A DNA stretch of 64,000 nt from an uncultured Acidobacteriota bacterium. GTDB taxonomy: Bacteria; Acidobacteriota; Terriglobia; Acidiferrales; UBA7541. The DNA is taken from assembly GCA_963813045.1 (NCBI GenBank), contig CAWEXR010000032.1:21994-85993 (forward strand), read 5' to 3'. Positions 28,180 through 37,727 of the stretch are shown here, one piece after another (the stretch's first letter is position 1; each line of letters opens with the position of its first letter). Position numbers and translations under genes: made by a program. The notes under the pieces are model-generated. The model ran no database searches. It was not told the DNA's origin and was given only the letters and a program-made list of their open reading frames with translations.

Positions 28180-29128
28180 TTCCCTTCGCCAAGGCCAACC
28201 GCACGGCCACGCGAACCGCGGCCTCCGCGGGGGAGATTTCCACCGGCACGAAGCGCACGCCCGGGATCAATCGGGTCACTTCGGCGTCGATCGCCGCATC
28301 GAAGTGCTTGGAACGCCCGAATACGCCCCCGACCTTCGCGACGGGGACTTCACGATTTCGCCAGCCGAGTTCGTTCGAAACGCACTCCGCGAGCCCAGCA
28401 AGAGAAGTGGCGGCCGCCGACAAAATCCCGCGGGCCACGCCATCGCCGTCATCGGCGACTTTCGCGACCAACGGGAAGGTCTTGGAGAAAACCTCATCCG
28501 GATTTTTCGCGATCCATTCAAGCAACAAGTCCCAGTCCTGGCATTGATGCCACTTGAGAATTCGTTTCCCCAGCGCCGTGCCCGGCCCGCGGCCCTCTTC
28601 GGCCAGCACGACGGCCTGGAACGCTCGGCGACCGATATCGACGGCGCTGCCCTCATCGCTGAACCATGGCCCTCGTCCGCCCGCGCGGGCCGTGCGCCCA
28701 TTCGCGTCGCGACCGAACGCCGCGGAGCCTGTCCCGGCCAGGAGAATGATCCCTTCGGCTGCGCCGAATGCGGCCTCGAGCGCCATCTCGAGGTCCGTCG
28801 TCACTCGGACGCTCGCATTCGGAAACCCATCCCGGAAAAACGTCGTAACCCGTCGCGCTACGCCGGCGCGGCCCGCGCCTCCCAGCCCGGCGCAGATGCC
28901 CCGGATGTGGCCCGCGTGGATTTTCTGCCGGCCCAGGACCGTGTCGGCCGTTTCGCTGAGCGCGAACCACGCCCTCGTGTATCCCGTGCGAAGCGGATTG
29001 GAAGGACCGCCGGACGCTCGCGCCAGCACGCGGCCTTCGGCGTCGGCCAGCACGCACTCCGTCTTCGTCCCGCCGCCGTCGAACCCGAGAAAGTAGGACG
29101 CCTCAGCAGCGGAAATCTTCGGTGGCAT
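28169..29128 (-). CDS. BadF/BadG/BcrA/BcrD-type ATPase, N-acetylglucosamine / N-acetylmuramic acid kinase-like
   Basis: The 319-aa ORF has ASKHA phosphate motifs FLGFDGGGTKTE and ILLAGTGSAA. Confidence 0.75.
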   Translation of the reverse strand: MPPKISAAEASYFLGFDGGGTKTECVLADAEGRVLARASGGPSNPLRTGYTRAWFALSETADTVLGRQKIHAGHIRGICAGLGGAGRAGVARRVTTFFRDGFPNASVRVTTDLEMALEAAFGAAEGIILLAGTGSAAFGRDANGRTARAGGRGPWFSDEGSAVDIGRRAFQAVVLAEEGRGPGTALGKRILKWHQCQDWDLLLEWIAKNPDEVFSKTFPLVAKVADDGDGVARGILSAAATSLAGLAECVSNELGWRNREVPVAKVGGVFGRSKHFDAAIDAEVTRLIPGVRFVPVEISPAEAAVRVAVRLALAKGNAA

Positions 29129-29248
29129 TGATTCCTTTCATTTTTCTTGAGAACTTTGCGGCTGGTTCCGGTTGTGGTGCCGATCCCGCAGACTCGGATT
29201 CTACACGGCCCGCCCCGATGCCGAAAGCTCCTCGCCAACCCGCGACTG

Positions 29249-30169
29249 TCAGAGCAACTGGCGGAACGATCCGGCCAAAAGTTCGGGAGGAAAAAGCTCC
29301 GGATGCAGGAGATGCGCAAGAAGAGCGACCCCATCCGCGAGCCGCGGACCGGGACGCGAAAAATATGCGTTCGCGTCGACCGCAAAGACCCGGCGCTCCC
29401 GCACGGCCGGAAGCGTCTCCGATCCCTCGGGAAGCCGGTCCAATCGAAACTCAGCGGCCGCCCGCGTAGCATCGTACCCGCACGGCATCACGACGATCAC
29501 ATCCGGCCTCGCTTTCATGATTTCGTCCGCTGTCACCCGAAAGGAAGGCTCGCGCAGCCGGCCGAGCACGTCCTCGCCACCCGCCTTGAACACCATTTCC
29601 GGAATCCAGTGACCTCCGACGTAGTAAGGGTCGAGCCACTCGAGGCAAAGTACGCGAGGGCGTCGGCCCGCGCCGGCAACCTTCGCCGCAATCGCCGCGA
29701 CTCTTTGCTCGAGCGCGGCCGCAAGAATCCCGGCTTCCTCCCGGCGATCCGTCGCCGCTCCGACCCGGCGAATGTCGTCCCACACCTCACCGAGCGAACG
29801 TGGAGTCAGAGAAAGAACCTGCGGCTGTGTGGGAAATCGAGTCAGCGCCGTTGCCAGATCGTCGGGCGAGGCAGCGCAGACGTGGCACAAGTCCTGCGTC
29901 AGGATCAGGTCGGGCGACATCGACGCGAGCAGCTCCGCGTCCACCGCGTAGATGCTTTCGCCTCGCGCGATGATCTCGCTCACGCGGCGGTCGATCTCCG
30001 CGGGCGCCGCCTGCGGATCGACGCGCGGGCGGAGCAGCGCCGGCTTTGTCGCCGCGTCCCGGGGAAAATCGCACTCGTGGCTCACGCCAAGGACCGAGTC
30101 GCCGAGACCTATGGCGTAGAGGATTTCGGTCGCCGACGGCAATAGCGAACAGATGCGCATCTTAGTCAT
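29249..30169 (-). CDS. BtuF/periplasmic-binding-protein-fold (cobalamin/siderophore-binding-like) protein lacking a signal peptide
   Basis: The start MTKMRICSLLPSATEILYAIGLGDSVLGVSHECDFP (residue 42 of ORF 29249..30292) is typical of the Peripla_BP_2 fold. There is no N-terminal hydrophobic segment. Confidence 0.65.
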   Translation of the reverse strand: MTKMRICSLLPSATEILYAIGLGDSVLGVSHECDFPRDAATKPALLRPRVDPQAAPAEIDRRVSEIIARGESIYAVDAELLASMSPDLILTQDLCHVCAASPDDLATALTRFPTQPQVLSLTPRSLGEVWDDIRRVGAATDRREEAGILAAALEQRVAAIAAKVAGAGRRPRVLCLEWLDPYYVGGHWIPEMVFKAGGEDVLGRLREPSFRVTADEIMKARPDVIVVMPCGYDATRAAAEFRLDRLPEGSETLPAVRERRVFAVDANAYFSRPGPRLADGVALLAHLLHPELFPPELLAGSFRQLL

Positions 30170-30221
30170 TCTACGGTGGTTTCGGCCCGCTTCATTCACG
30201 AACATCCCCGCAGACCCTTCA

Positions 30222-30273
30222 TTGTGCCACATGAAACCATATGCTATATAAAACCGCAGGATACAGCCGTCAA
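30222..30273. promoter_or_regulatory. face-to-face divergent sigma70-type promoters sharing one palindromic TATATA -10 box
   Basis: The plus strand reads TTGTGC (30222-30227), 17 nt, TATATA (30245-30250). The minus strand reads TTGACG (complement of 30268-30273), 17 nt, and the same TATATA. This is the most AT-rich spot between the two divergent genes. Confidence 0.4.
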
Positions 30274-30348
30274 CGTGAAAAAAAACCTGCAAAAATTGGC
30301 CAGTAAGCCCGCTTTAGGAGGCCTAACGATGCCATTTCTGGCACATTT

Positions 30349-33222
30349 GTGGTCATGAAATCCACCACTCCCGCGCGTCGAAATTCCCGCAAGAACAGCC
30401 GGCCGCAGAAGTCGCAGACACGCTGGGTCGAACAGACGCTCAAGAAAATGACGCTGCGCGAGAAGCTCGGCCAGATGCTGATGGTGTCTTTCTTTGGCGG
30501 CTTCACCTCAACAGAAGATGCTGATTACCCGAAGGTTCTCCGCGAGGTCGAGGACAACCATGTCGGCGGTCTGATCGTCGGAACGGCGCGCGGCCCGCTC
30601 GGGATCAGGCGCAGCCAAGTCTACCCGACCGCAATTATCCTGAACGAATTGCAGCGCCGCGCGAAGATTCCGCTGGTCGTCGGCGCCGACTTCGAATCGG
30701 GCACGCGAATGCGCCTCGAAGAGGGCACGCCCTACCCATCCGCCATGGCGATTGCCGCGACGGGAGAACCAAAGTTCGCTTACACAGCAGGCAGAGCGAC
30801 CGCGATTGAAGCGCGCGCCGCCGGAGTCCACTGGATTTTTGCGCCCGACGCGGACGTGAACAATAATCCGGCCAATCCGATCATCAACGTGCGCTCGTTC
30901 GGCGAAGATCCGAAGGACGTCGCCGCGTACGTCGCGCAGTTCGTGCGGGGCGTCGAAGAGAACGGCGCGCTCGCAACGGCCAAGCATTTCCCCGGCCACG
31001 GCAATGTCAGCGTCGACTCGCACCTATCACTCGCTACGGTGCCCGGCGATCGCCACGAACTCGAGAGCACGGAACTCGTGCCTTTCCGCGCCGCGATTCG
31101 CGCGGGCGTCAGTTCGATCATGCCGGGGCATCTTGCCGTGCCCGCGCTGGAACCGGACACGCGCGTCCCCGCGACGCTCTCGCGGAACATTCTGACCGGA
31201 CTCCTGCGCGGCAAAATGAAGTTTCGCGGCCTGATTATCACCGACGCGCTCGAGATGGGCGGCGTCACGTCGCTCTACCCGCCGGGCGAGGTCGCTATCC
31301 GCGCCGTGGAGGCGGGCACGGACGTCCTCTTGATGCCTCCCGTTCCCGACGCGGCGATGACGGGACTCGAAGATGCCGTCAGTTCCGGACGAATTTCCGC
31401 CAAGCGCATCGATGAATCCGTGCGGCGGATTCTCGCGGCCAAATCGCGGCTGGGACTCAACCGCAATCGGTTCGTAGATGTGGCCCGGCTCAACGAAACA
31501 TTTGGCCGCCCGGAACACAAAGCGGAGGCGCAGGAGATCGCCGACCGCGGCGTCACGCTGCTGCGCGACTCAACGCGGCTTCTGCCTCTCGACCCCGCGC
31601 GTCCGCTTCGCGTCCTGCTGGTTGCGCTCTCGGCTGATCCGGACCCCGCGCCCGGTGAAACGCTCGAGCCCGAAATCCGGTCGCGCGTCGATTCGCTTTC
31701 CGTGCTGCGTGCGGACACCCGTTTCACGAGCGCCACCACGCTCAAGGTCCCGCAGCCTGACTCCTACGACGTGGCGATTGCCGCTCTTTTCGTACGCGTT
31801 GCAGACCGCAAGGGCAACGTCGGTTTCCCGGAGGATCAGCGGGCCGTGGTAAACCAATTGCTCGTTTCCGGGAAGCCCGTGGCGATCGCGTCGTTCGGCA
31901 GCCCGTATCTGATCGAGCGCTTCCCCACTGCGAGGACGTGGCTCGCGGAGTTTTCAACCAACGAAGTGGCCCAGCACGCCGTGGCGCGCGCACTATTCGG
32001 CCAGATCGCGATCGCGGGAAAGATTCCGGTTACCGTGCCCGGAAGCGCGCAACGCGGCGCCGGACTTCGCGTGGCCGCGAATCCGATGACGCTCCAACCC
32101 GCCGCCGCGACTATGTCCGATCGCCTCAAGCCGGCATACGATTTGCTCAATCGCGCGCTGTCGGATGGCGCTTTCCCCGGCGGTGTCCTGGCGGTTGGCT
32201 GGAACGACGAGCTGGCAATTCATCCATTTGGCAGGTTAACGCGCGACGCCAAAGCGAGCCGCGTCACTTCCGGCACGATCTACGACGTGGCATCGCTGAC
32301 GAAACCCATCGTCACCACCACCGCCGCGATGCTGCTCGTCCAACAGGGCCAACTTGACCTCGATGCGCCCGTCGCGCTCTACCTGCCGGAATTCGCCGCC
32401 GCGGCCAAGTCCGATCCTGATGCCTCGTGGCGCACGCGCATAACGATTCGCATGCTTCTGCTCCACGATTCCGGACTCCCGTGGCACCGCGATTTCTACA
32501 AAAACGCCAAGGGCAAGGCGGCGGTCATCGCCGGAGCGATGGCCGAACCGCTGGTGTGCGAGCCGGGAAAACAGATCGAATACTCCGACCTCGGATTCAT
32601 CCTGCTCGGCGAAATCATCGAACGCCTGACGGGCGAATCCCTCGACGGGTTTGCGCGGCAAAACATCTTCGGGCCGCTCGCAATGAGCTCATCGATGTTC
32701 AATCCATCGCAGACTCTGCGCGCGCAAATCGCTCCGACCGAGAATGACACGTCCTACCGCAAACGCCTCCTTTGGGGCGAAGTGAACGACGAAAACGCCT
32801 GGGCGATGGGCGGAGTGAGCGGGCATGCCGGGCTTTTCTCGGCCGCCGCCGACATCGCGGCCTTCGCGCAGATGTTCCTGAATGGCGGCATCTACGCGCA
32901 CCGCCGCCTGCTCGCGCGCGCGACGATCGCGCAGTTCACCGCGCGGCAAACCATCGGTGATTCCGCCAGCGCGACTGGCTGGGACGTGCCCACTGAGCCT
33001 TCTTCATCGGGACGTTACTTCTCGAGGCAGAGCTTCGGCCACCTTGGGTTCACCGGCACATCGCTCTGGATCGATCCCAGCCGGAGGCTCTTCGTCATCC
33101 TGCTCACGAACCGCGTGAATCCCACCCGCGCCAACGAAAAGATCCGGCAGGTGCGCCCCGCGCTGCACGATGCAATCGTGGAAGTGCTCGGCCTGGCGAG
33201 CGGGCAGGTGGCCGCCCGATAA
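30349..33222 (+). CDS. bifunctional GH3 beta-N-acetylhexosaminidase (NagZ-like) fused to a beta-lactamase-fold serine hydrolase
   Basis: The N-terminal half has LREKLGQML, AKHFPGHGNVSVDSH and LIITDALEMGG (GH3 catalytic blocks). The C-terminal half has YDVASLTKPIVT (SxxK), EYSDLGF (YxN-like) and GHLGFTGTSLWIDP. No signal peptide is present. The start is the GTG at 30349 or the ATG at 30355. Confidence 0.85.
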   Translation: MVMKSTTPARRNSRKNSRPQKSQTRWVEQTLKKMTLREKLGQMLMVSFFGGFTSTEDADYPKVLREVEDNHVGGLIVGTARGPLGIRRSQVYPTAIILNELQRRAKIPLVVGADFESGTRMRLEEGTPYPSAMAIAATGEPKFAYTAGRATAIEARAAGVHWIFAPDADVNNNPANPIINVRSFGEDPKDVAAYVAQFVRGVEENGALATAKHFPGHGNVSVDSHLSLATVPGDRHELESTELVPFRAAIRAGVSSIMPGHLAVPALEPDTRVPATLSRNILTGLLRGKMKFRGLIITDALEMGGVTSLYPPGEVAIRAVEAGTDVLLMPPVPDAAMTGLEDAVSSGRISAKRIDESVRRILAAKSRLGLNRNRFVDVARLNETFGRPEHKAEAQEIADRGVTLLRDSTRLLPLDPARPLRVLLVALSADPDPAPGETLEPEIRSRVDSLSVLRADTRFTSATTLKVPQPDSYDVAIAALFVRVADRKGNVGFPEDQRAVVNQLLVSGKPVAIASFGSPYLIERFPTARTWLAEFSTNEVAQHAVARALFGQIAIAGKIPVTVPGSAQRGAGLRVAANPMTLQPAAATMSDRLKPAYDLLNRALSDGAFPGGVLAVGWNDELAIHPFGRLTRDAKASRVTSGTIYDVASLTKPIVTTTAAMLLVQQGQLDLDAPVALYLPEFAAAAKSDPDASWRTRITIRMLLLHDSGLPWHRDFYKNAKGKAAVIAGAMAEPLVCEPGKQIEYSDLGFILLGEIIERLTGESLDGFARQNIFGPLAMSSSMFNPSQTLRAQIAPTENDTSYRKRLLWGEVNDENAWAMGGVSGHAGLFSAAADIAAFAQMFLNGGIYAHRRLLARATIAQFTARQTIGDSASATGWDVPTEPSSSGRYFSRQSFGHLGFTGTSLWIDPSRRLFVILLTNRVNPTRANEKIRQVRPALHDAIVEVLGLASGQVAAR

Positions 33223-33300
33223 CTGCCTCGGCACAATTCGTGTGGGATTGCGAGCGCGCGCGCGACCCTGCGTTCGCCTCCCGCTATAATCCTTTCGGGC

Positions 33301-34242
33301 GTGAGGCGCTCCTTGAAAACGACCGGGACAGAGCGGCAAAACCCGCGTTCGCGCGGCCTCGATCGGAAATCGACGCTCGAAATCCTGCGCGCGCTGAACC
33401 GCGAAGACGCGCGCGTGGTGCCGGCCGTGCGCCGCGAGCTGCCCAGGATTGCGCGAGCCGTGGATGCGATTGCGAAGTCGCTTCAGAGCCGCGGCAGGCT
33501 TTTCTACGTGGGCGCGGGAACGAGCGGCCGCCTGGCCGTGCTGGACGCGGCCGAATGTCCGCCGACCTTCGGAACGCCGCCGAGAATGGTGCAGGCGATC
33601 ATCGCGGGCGGCGCGAGGGCGCTCCGCCACGCGGCCGAGGACGCCGAGGATTCGGCCGCGGATGGGGCGCGCGATCTGCGGCGCGCCGGCGTGAAAAGAG
33701 GTGACGTCGTCGTGGGACTTTCGGCGAGCGGCACAACGCCGTACGTGCTTGGCGCGCTCGATTTCGCGAAACGCCGCGGTCTGATGACGATCGGCGTTAC
33801 CGCCAATCCGCGGTCGCCGCTGGCGCGGCGCGCGCGGATTGCGATTGCGCCGGACACCGGACCCGAGGCCATTACGGGCTCGACGCGGCTCAAGGCCGGC
33901 ACCGCGCAGAAGCTGGTCCTGAACTTGCTTTCTACGGCTGCGATGGTGCGGCTCGGCAGAGTCTATGACAACTGGATGGTGCACGTCGCGCTGACAAATC
34001 AGAAGTTGCGCCAGCGCGGCGCGCGCGTTCTCGAAGAGGCCGCCGGCGTAAGCGCGTCCGCCGCGAAACACGCTCTGCGTCAGGCCGGCCACGATCTTCC
34101 GGTGGCGCTGGTTATGCTCAAAACAGGCGCCGGCGCAGGTGCTGCCCGCCGGTGGCTGGCGGCTGCAGACGGCAACGTACGGCAGGCTCTCGCGGCAGCG
34201 AGAACGCAATCGGCGAGCACGAAAACTCAGGGACGGAACTAG
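33301..34242 (+). CDS. murQ: N-acetylmuramic acid 6-phosphate etherase
   Basis: The N-terminus is TERQNPRSRGLD. The SIS-domain motif is LFYVGAGTSGRLAVLDAAECPPTFG, followed by ITGSTRLKAGTAQK. Confidence 0.9.
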   Translation: MRRSLKTTGTERQNPRSRGLDRKSTLEILRALNREDARVVPAVRRELPRIARAVDAIAKSLQSRGRLFYVGAGTSGRLAVLDAAECPPTFGTPPRMVQAIIAGGARALRHAAEDAEDSAADGARDLRRAGVKRGDVVVGLSASGTTPYVLGALDFAKRRGLMTIGVTANPRSPLARRARIAIAPDTGPEAITGSTRLKAGTAQKLVLNLLSTAAMVRLGRVYDNWMVHVALTNQKLRQRGARVLEEAAGVSASAAKHALRQAGHDLPVALVMLKTGAGAGAARRWLAAADGNVRQALAAARTQSASTKTQGRN

Positions 34243-34245
34243 GGC

Positions 34246-35517
34246 ATGGATCGGTTCAAGATCGAAGGCGGGCGGCGGCTCGAAGGCACTGTTCGAATCA
34301 GCGGCGCCAAGAATGCGGCGTTGCCCGCCATGGCGGCGGCTCTGCTCACCGCCGAGCCTGTGCATCTCCAGAACATTCCGCACGTCCGCGACATCATCAC
34401 GATGGCAAAACTGCTCGCGCATATGCGGTGCCACGTCGAGAGCCCGGACCTCCCGCCGAGCGAATTCACGATCCAGGCGGAAAAGGTGTCTCACGCGGAA
34501 GCACCGTACGACCTGGTGAAGACGATGCGCGCTTCGGTGCTGACGCTCGGTCCGCTCGTCGCGCGTTTCGGATATGCGCGCGTTTCGCTTCCCGGCGGCT
34601 GCGCCATTGGCGCACGCCCGATCGACCTGCACATTCAGGCACTCGAAAAGCTAGGCGCGACGATTTCGATGGATCACGGTTACGTCGAGGCGCGCGCCAA
34701 GCGGCTCCGCGGCGCCAGCTTTCGCTTCCCCAAGATCACCGTCACCGGGACGGAGAACATTCTCACGGCGGCCGTGCTCGCCGAGGGCGAAACGATCCTC
34801 GAAAATGCGGCGCTCGAACCGGAGATTCCCGACCTCGCCGACCTTCTCACGAAGATGGGCGCGAAAATCGAAGGCGCCGGCACGCCCACCATCCGAGTGC
34901 AAGGCGTTGAAAAGCTCCACGGGGCGAGCCATGCCGTTATCCCCGATCGAATCGAAGCGGGAACGTTCCTGGTGGCGGGCGCCATCACGGGCGGCGATCT
35001 GCTGCTGACCAATTGCGACCCGCACCATCTGGGCGCGGTGATCGACAAGCTCAGGGAATGCGGCGTCGAAATCCGCTGCGAAGGACAGTGCGGGCTGCGC
35101 GTGCGCGCGGCGAAGAGGCTGGTTGCCGCCGACGTCACCACCGCAGAATTCCCCGGCTTCGCCACGGACATGCAGGCGCAGTTCATGGCGCTGGCCACGC
35201 AGGCACACGGCGTCTCGCACATCCGGGAAACGATCTTCGAAAACCGCTACCTGCACGCAAGCGAGATGATGCGCATGGGCGCCAACATCACGATCGACGG
35301 CAATCTCGCCGTCGTCACGGGTCCGACGCCGTTGACGGGAGCGCCCGTAACGGCTTCAGACCTGCGCGCCAGCGCGGGACTGGTGCTCGCGGGCCTGGTG
35401 GCGCAGAACACCACCTGGATCGATCGGGTCTACCACATTGACCGCGGCTACGAGCGCATCGAGGACAAGCTGCGATCCGTCGGCGCTCGCATCGAGCGCG
35501 TTTCAGAAACCGGCTGA
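34246..35517 (+). CDS. murA: UDP-N-acetylglucosamine 1-carboxyvinyltransferase
   Basis: The 423-aa ORF reads MDRFKIEGGRRLEGTVRISGAKNAALP. The active-site Cys loop is LPGGCAIGARPIDLH. Confidence 0.95.
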   Translation: MDRFKIEGGRRLEGTVRISGAKNAALPAMAAALLTAEPVHLQNIPHVRDIITMAKLLAHMRCHVESPDLPPSEFTIQAEKVSHAEAPYDLVKTMRASVLTLGPLVARFGYARVSLPGGCAIGARPIDLHIQALEKLGATISMDHGYVEARAKRLRGASFRFPKITVTGTENILTAAVLAEGETILENAALEPEIPDLADLLTKMGAKIEGAGTPTIRVQGVEKLHGASHAVIPDRIEAGTFLVAGAITGGDLLLTNCDPHHLGAVIDKLRECGVEIRCEGQCGLRVRAAKRLVAADVTTAEFPGFATDMQAQFMALATQAHGVSHIRETIFENRYLHASEMMRMGANITIDGNLAVVTGPTPLTGAPVTASDLRASAGLVLAGLVAQNTTWIDRVYHIDRGYERIEDKLRSVGARIERVSETG

Positions 35518-35545
35518 TTCGCGGGATCGTTCTTTGCAAACAAAA

Positions 35546-35569
35546 AGGGAGGCGACGGATCGCCTCCCT
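35546..35569. terminator. bidirectional intrinsic terminator between convergent murA and pnp
   Basis: A perfect 10-bp stem pairs AGGGAGGCGA with TCGCCTCCCT across the loop cgga. It is flanked by caaaaa upstream and ttctcacttt downstream. Confidence 0.7.
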
Positions 35570-35609
35570 TTCTCACTTTCCCGGTACTGCCCGGAGCGTC
35601 GCGAAACCG

Positions 35610-37727
35610 CTAGCCCGCCGCTTCGCCCTTGGCCTGTTTGTCGCGCTGGTCGCGCAGAACGGCCTTACGGCTCAGACGGATTTTGTTTCCCTCAATCGCG
35701 AGGACTTTCACCAGCACCTGATCGCCTTCCTTCAGCTCGTCGCGAACGGCGCGGATGCGCTGCTCCGCAATTTCGCTGATGTGCAGCAATCCGTCGGTGC
35801 CGGGAAAGATCTCGACGAAAGCGCCAAACTCCGCGATGCGCACGACCGTCCCGAGATAGGTTTTGCCCATCTCGGCGGTCGCCGTCACGTCGCGAATCAT
35901 TTTCAGCGCTGCCTCAGCAGCAGTGCCGTTGTTCGCGAAGACGTGGACCTTGCCATCGTCCATCACGTCAATCTTCACGCCGGTCGCTTCGATGATCGAC
36001 CGGATTTTCTTCCCGCCCGGCCCGATCAGGTCGCGAATCTTGTCCGTGGGAATGCTGAGCATGTGAAGGTGCGGTGCATACGCGGAAATTTCCGCGCGCC
36101 CGGTTGAGATCGTCGGCTCCATGGTGTCGAGAATCTGAAGACGCGCTTTGCGCGCCTGCGCGAGCGCTTCGCGCATCATGGCGACGCTCACTCCCGCGAC
36201 CTTGATATCCATTTGAAGCGCGGTGATCCCCTGCCGCGTCCCGGCAACCTTGAAGTCCATGTCGCCGTAGTGATCTTCGGCGCCGGCGATGTCCGTCAAG
36301 ATGGCGTATTTCTCGCCCTCGACCACCAGGCCCATCGCAATTCCGGCGCAAGGGGATTTGAGCGGAACGCCCGCGTCCATCAAGGCAAGCGAAGCGCCGC
36401 ACACCGTGGCCATCGACGACGATCCGTTTGATTCGAGGATGTCTGAGACGACTCGCATGGCGTACGGGAAATCAGCTTCCGACGGGAGCAGGTTCAAGAT
36501 CGCGCGCTCGGCCAATGCACCGTGGCCGATTTCGCGACGCCCCGGGCCGCGCAGGAATTTCACTTCTCCGACCGAGAACGGCGGGAAGTTGTAGTGCAGC
36601 ATGAAGCGCTTGAACGCCTCGTCCTCGAACAGGAGATCGAGGCGCTGTTTATCTTCCTTAGTGCCAAGCGTGGTCGTGACGAGCGCTTGCGTCTCGCCGC
36701 GCGTGAACAGAGCCGACCCATGCGCTCGGGGCAGCACGCCGACTTCGCAGGTGATCTGGCGGATCTGGTCGAAAGCGCGTGCGTCCGGACGCCGGCGGCG
36801 ATTCAGCATGTCGTCGCGAAAGATGCTCTCGCGCAAACGCTCGAGAGCGCGATACGCAAGCTTCTTCTTGTCGTCGTCATCCTCGGGAACCGCGGCGAAA
36901 ATCTCGGCCTTGATCGCGTCGACCAGGCCGTAGCTTTCAAGCTTCGGATGCTTCGCCGTGTCGAGCGCGTCGCGGAGCCGTTCGCCGTATTGCTGCGTCA
37001 TCTGCTTGTAGAGCGCCTCGTCGAACGCCGGCGGCGTGACGGCAACCTTCTGCTGGTTGACTCGAGCGCCAAGTTCGCGGATCTGCGCGACGATTTGCTT
37101 GATCGCGGCATGGCCGAATTCAAGCGCGTCGGCCACGGTATCCTCGGACACTTCGAGCGCGCCCGACTCCACCATCACGATCGCGTCCGCCGAACCGGCG
37201 ATGATGATGTTCAGCAGGCTGGTCTTCTGCTCGGCAACGGTGGGGTTGATCACCAGCTTTCCGTCAAGCAGTCCGACGCGAACGCACGCGATCGGATTCG
37301 TAAACGGAAGCTTCGAAATGTAGAGCGCCGCGGAAGCCGCGGTGACGCCGATGACGTCCGGATCGTTTTCGCTATCCGCCGAGAGCACCATGGCGACGAC
37401 CTGCGTTTCCGTCGACCAGCCCTCGGGAAAGAGCGGCCGCAGCGGACGATCGATCAGCCGCGAGGTCAGAATCTCGCGCTCCGAGGGGCGGCCTTCGCGC
37501 TTGAAGAATCCGCCGGGAATCTTGCCGGCGGAGTACGTGTACTCGCGGTAGTCCACCGTGAGCGGTAGAAAATCCTTTTCGGTTGGCTTGTTGTCCATGC
37601 AGGCCGTGGCGAGCACCACCGTGTCGCCGTAACGCGCCACCACGGCGCCGTGCGCCTGGCGGGCGATCTTGCCCGTTTCGAGCGTCAGTTTCCGCCCGCC
37701 CAGGTCCAAACTCACTTGTTCGAACAT
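35610..37727 (-). CDS. pnp: polyribonucleotide nucleotidyltransferase (PNPase)
   Basis: The 705-aa ORF has two RNase PH domains followed by KH and S1 domains (GKTYLGTVVRIAEFGAFVEI). Confidence 0.95.
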   Translation of the reverse strand: MFEQVSLDLGGRKLTLETGKIARQAHGAVVARYGDTVVLATACMDNKPTEKDFLPLTVDYREYTYSAGKIPGGFFKREGRPSEREILTSRLIDRPLRPLFPEGWSTETQVVAMVLSADSENDPDVIGVTAASAALYISKLPFTNPIACVRVGLLDGKLVINPTVAEQKTSLLNIIIAGSADAIVMVESGALEVSEDTVADALEFGHAAIKQIVAQIRELGARVNQQKVAVTPPAFDEALYKQMTQQYGERLRDALDTAKHPKLESYGLVDAIKAEIFAAVPEDDDDKKKLAYRALERLRESIFRDDMLNRRRRPDARAFDQIRQITCEVGVLPRAHGSALFTRGETQALVTTTLGTKEDKQRLDLLFEDEAFKRFMLHYNFPPFSVGEVKFLRGPGRREIGHGALAERAILNLLPSEADFPYAMRVVSDILESNGSSSMATVCGASLALMDAGVPLKSPCAGIAMGLVVEGEKYAILTDIAGAEDHYGDMDFKVAGTRQGITALQMDIKVAGVSVAMMREALAQARKARLQILDTMEPTISTGRAEISAYAPHLHMLSIPTDKIRDLIGPGGKKIRSIIEATGVKIDVMDDGKVHVFANNGTAAEAALKMIRDVTATAEMGKTYLGTVVRIAEFGAFVEIFPGTDGLLHISEIAEQRIRAVRDELKEGDQVLVKVLAIEGNKIRLSRKAVLRDQRDKQAKGEAAG

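Noticed and set aside
30170-30348. A possible cobalamin riboswitch upstream of the BtuF-like gene.
   Set aside because: Reading the minus strand, I could not find a B12 box (consensus around AGYCMGGAGACCKGCC) or the GGTG..AA.TCC core. The region is better explained by promoters.
30330-30350. The sequence TGGCACatttgTGGTC, considered as a sigma54 -24/-12 promoter.
   Set aside because: The -12 GC element is missing at the required spacing.
33004-34632. A 542-aa minus-strand ORF overlaps the 3' end of the NagZ-fusion gene and all of murQ, and extends into murA.
   Set aside because: Its extreme Arg/Ala/His/Gly composition is typical of antisense frames in high-GC DNA. The plus-strand genes are unambiguous. 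The same reasoning applies to 3167..4279, 3912..4919, 20654..22282, 27674..29131, 43662..45878, 47805..48905 and 54535..56187.
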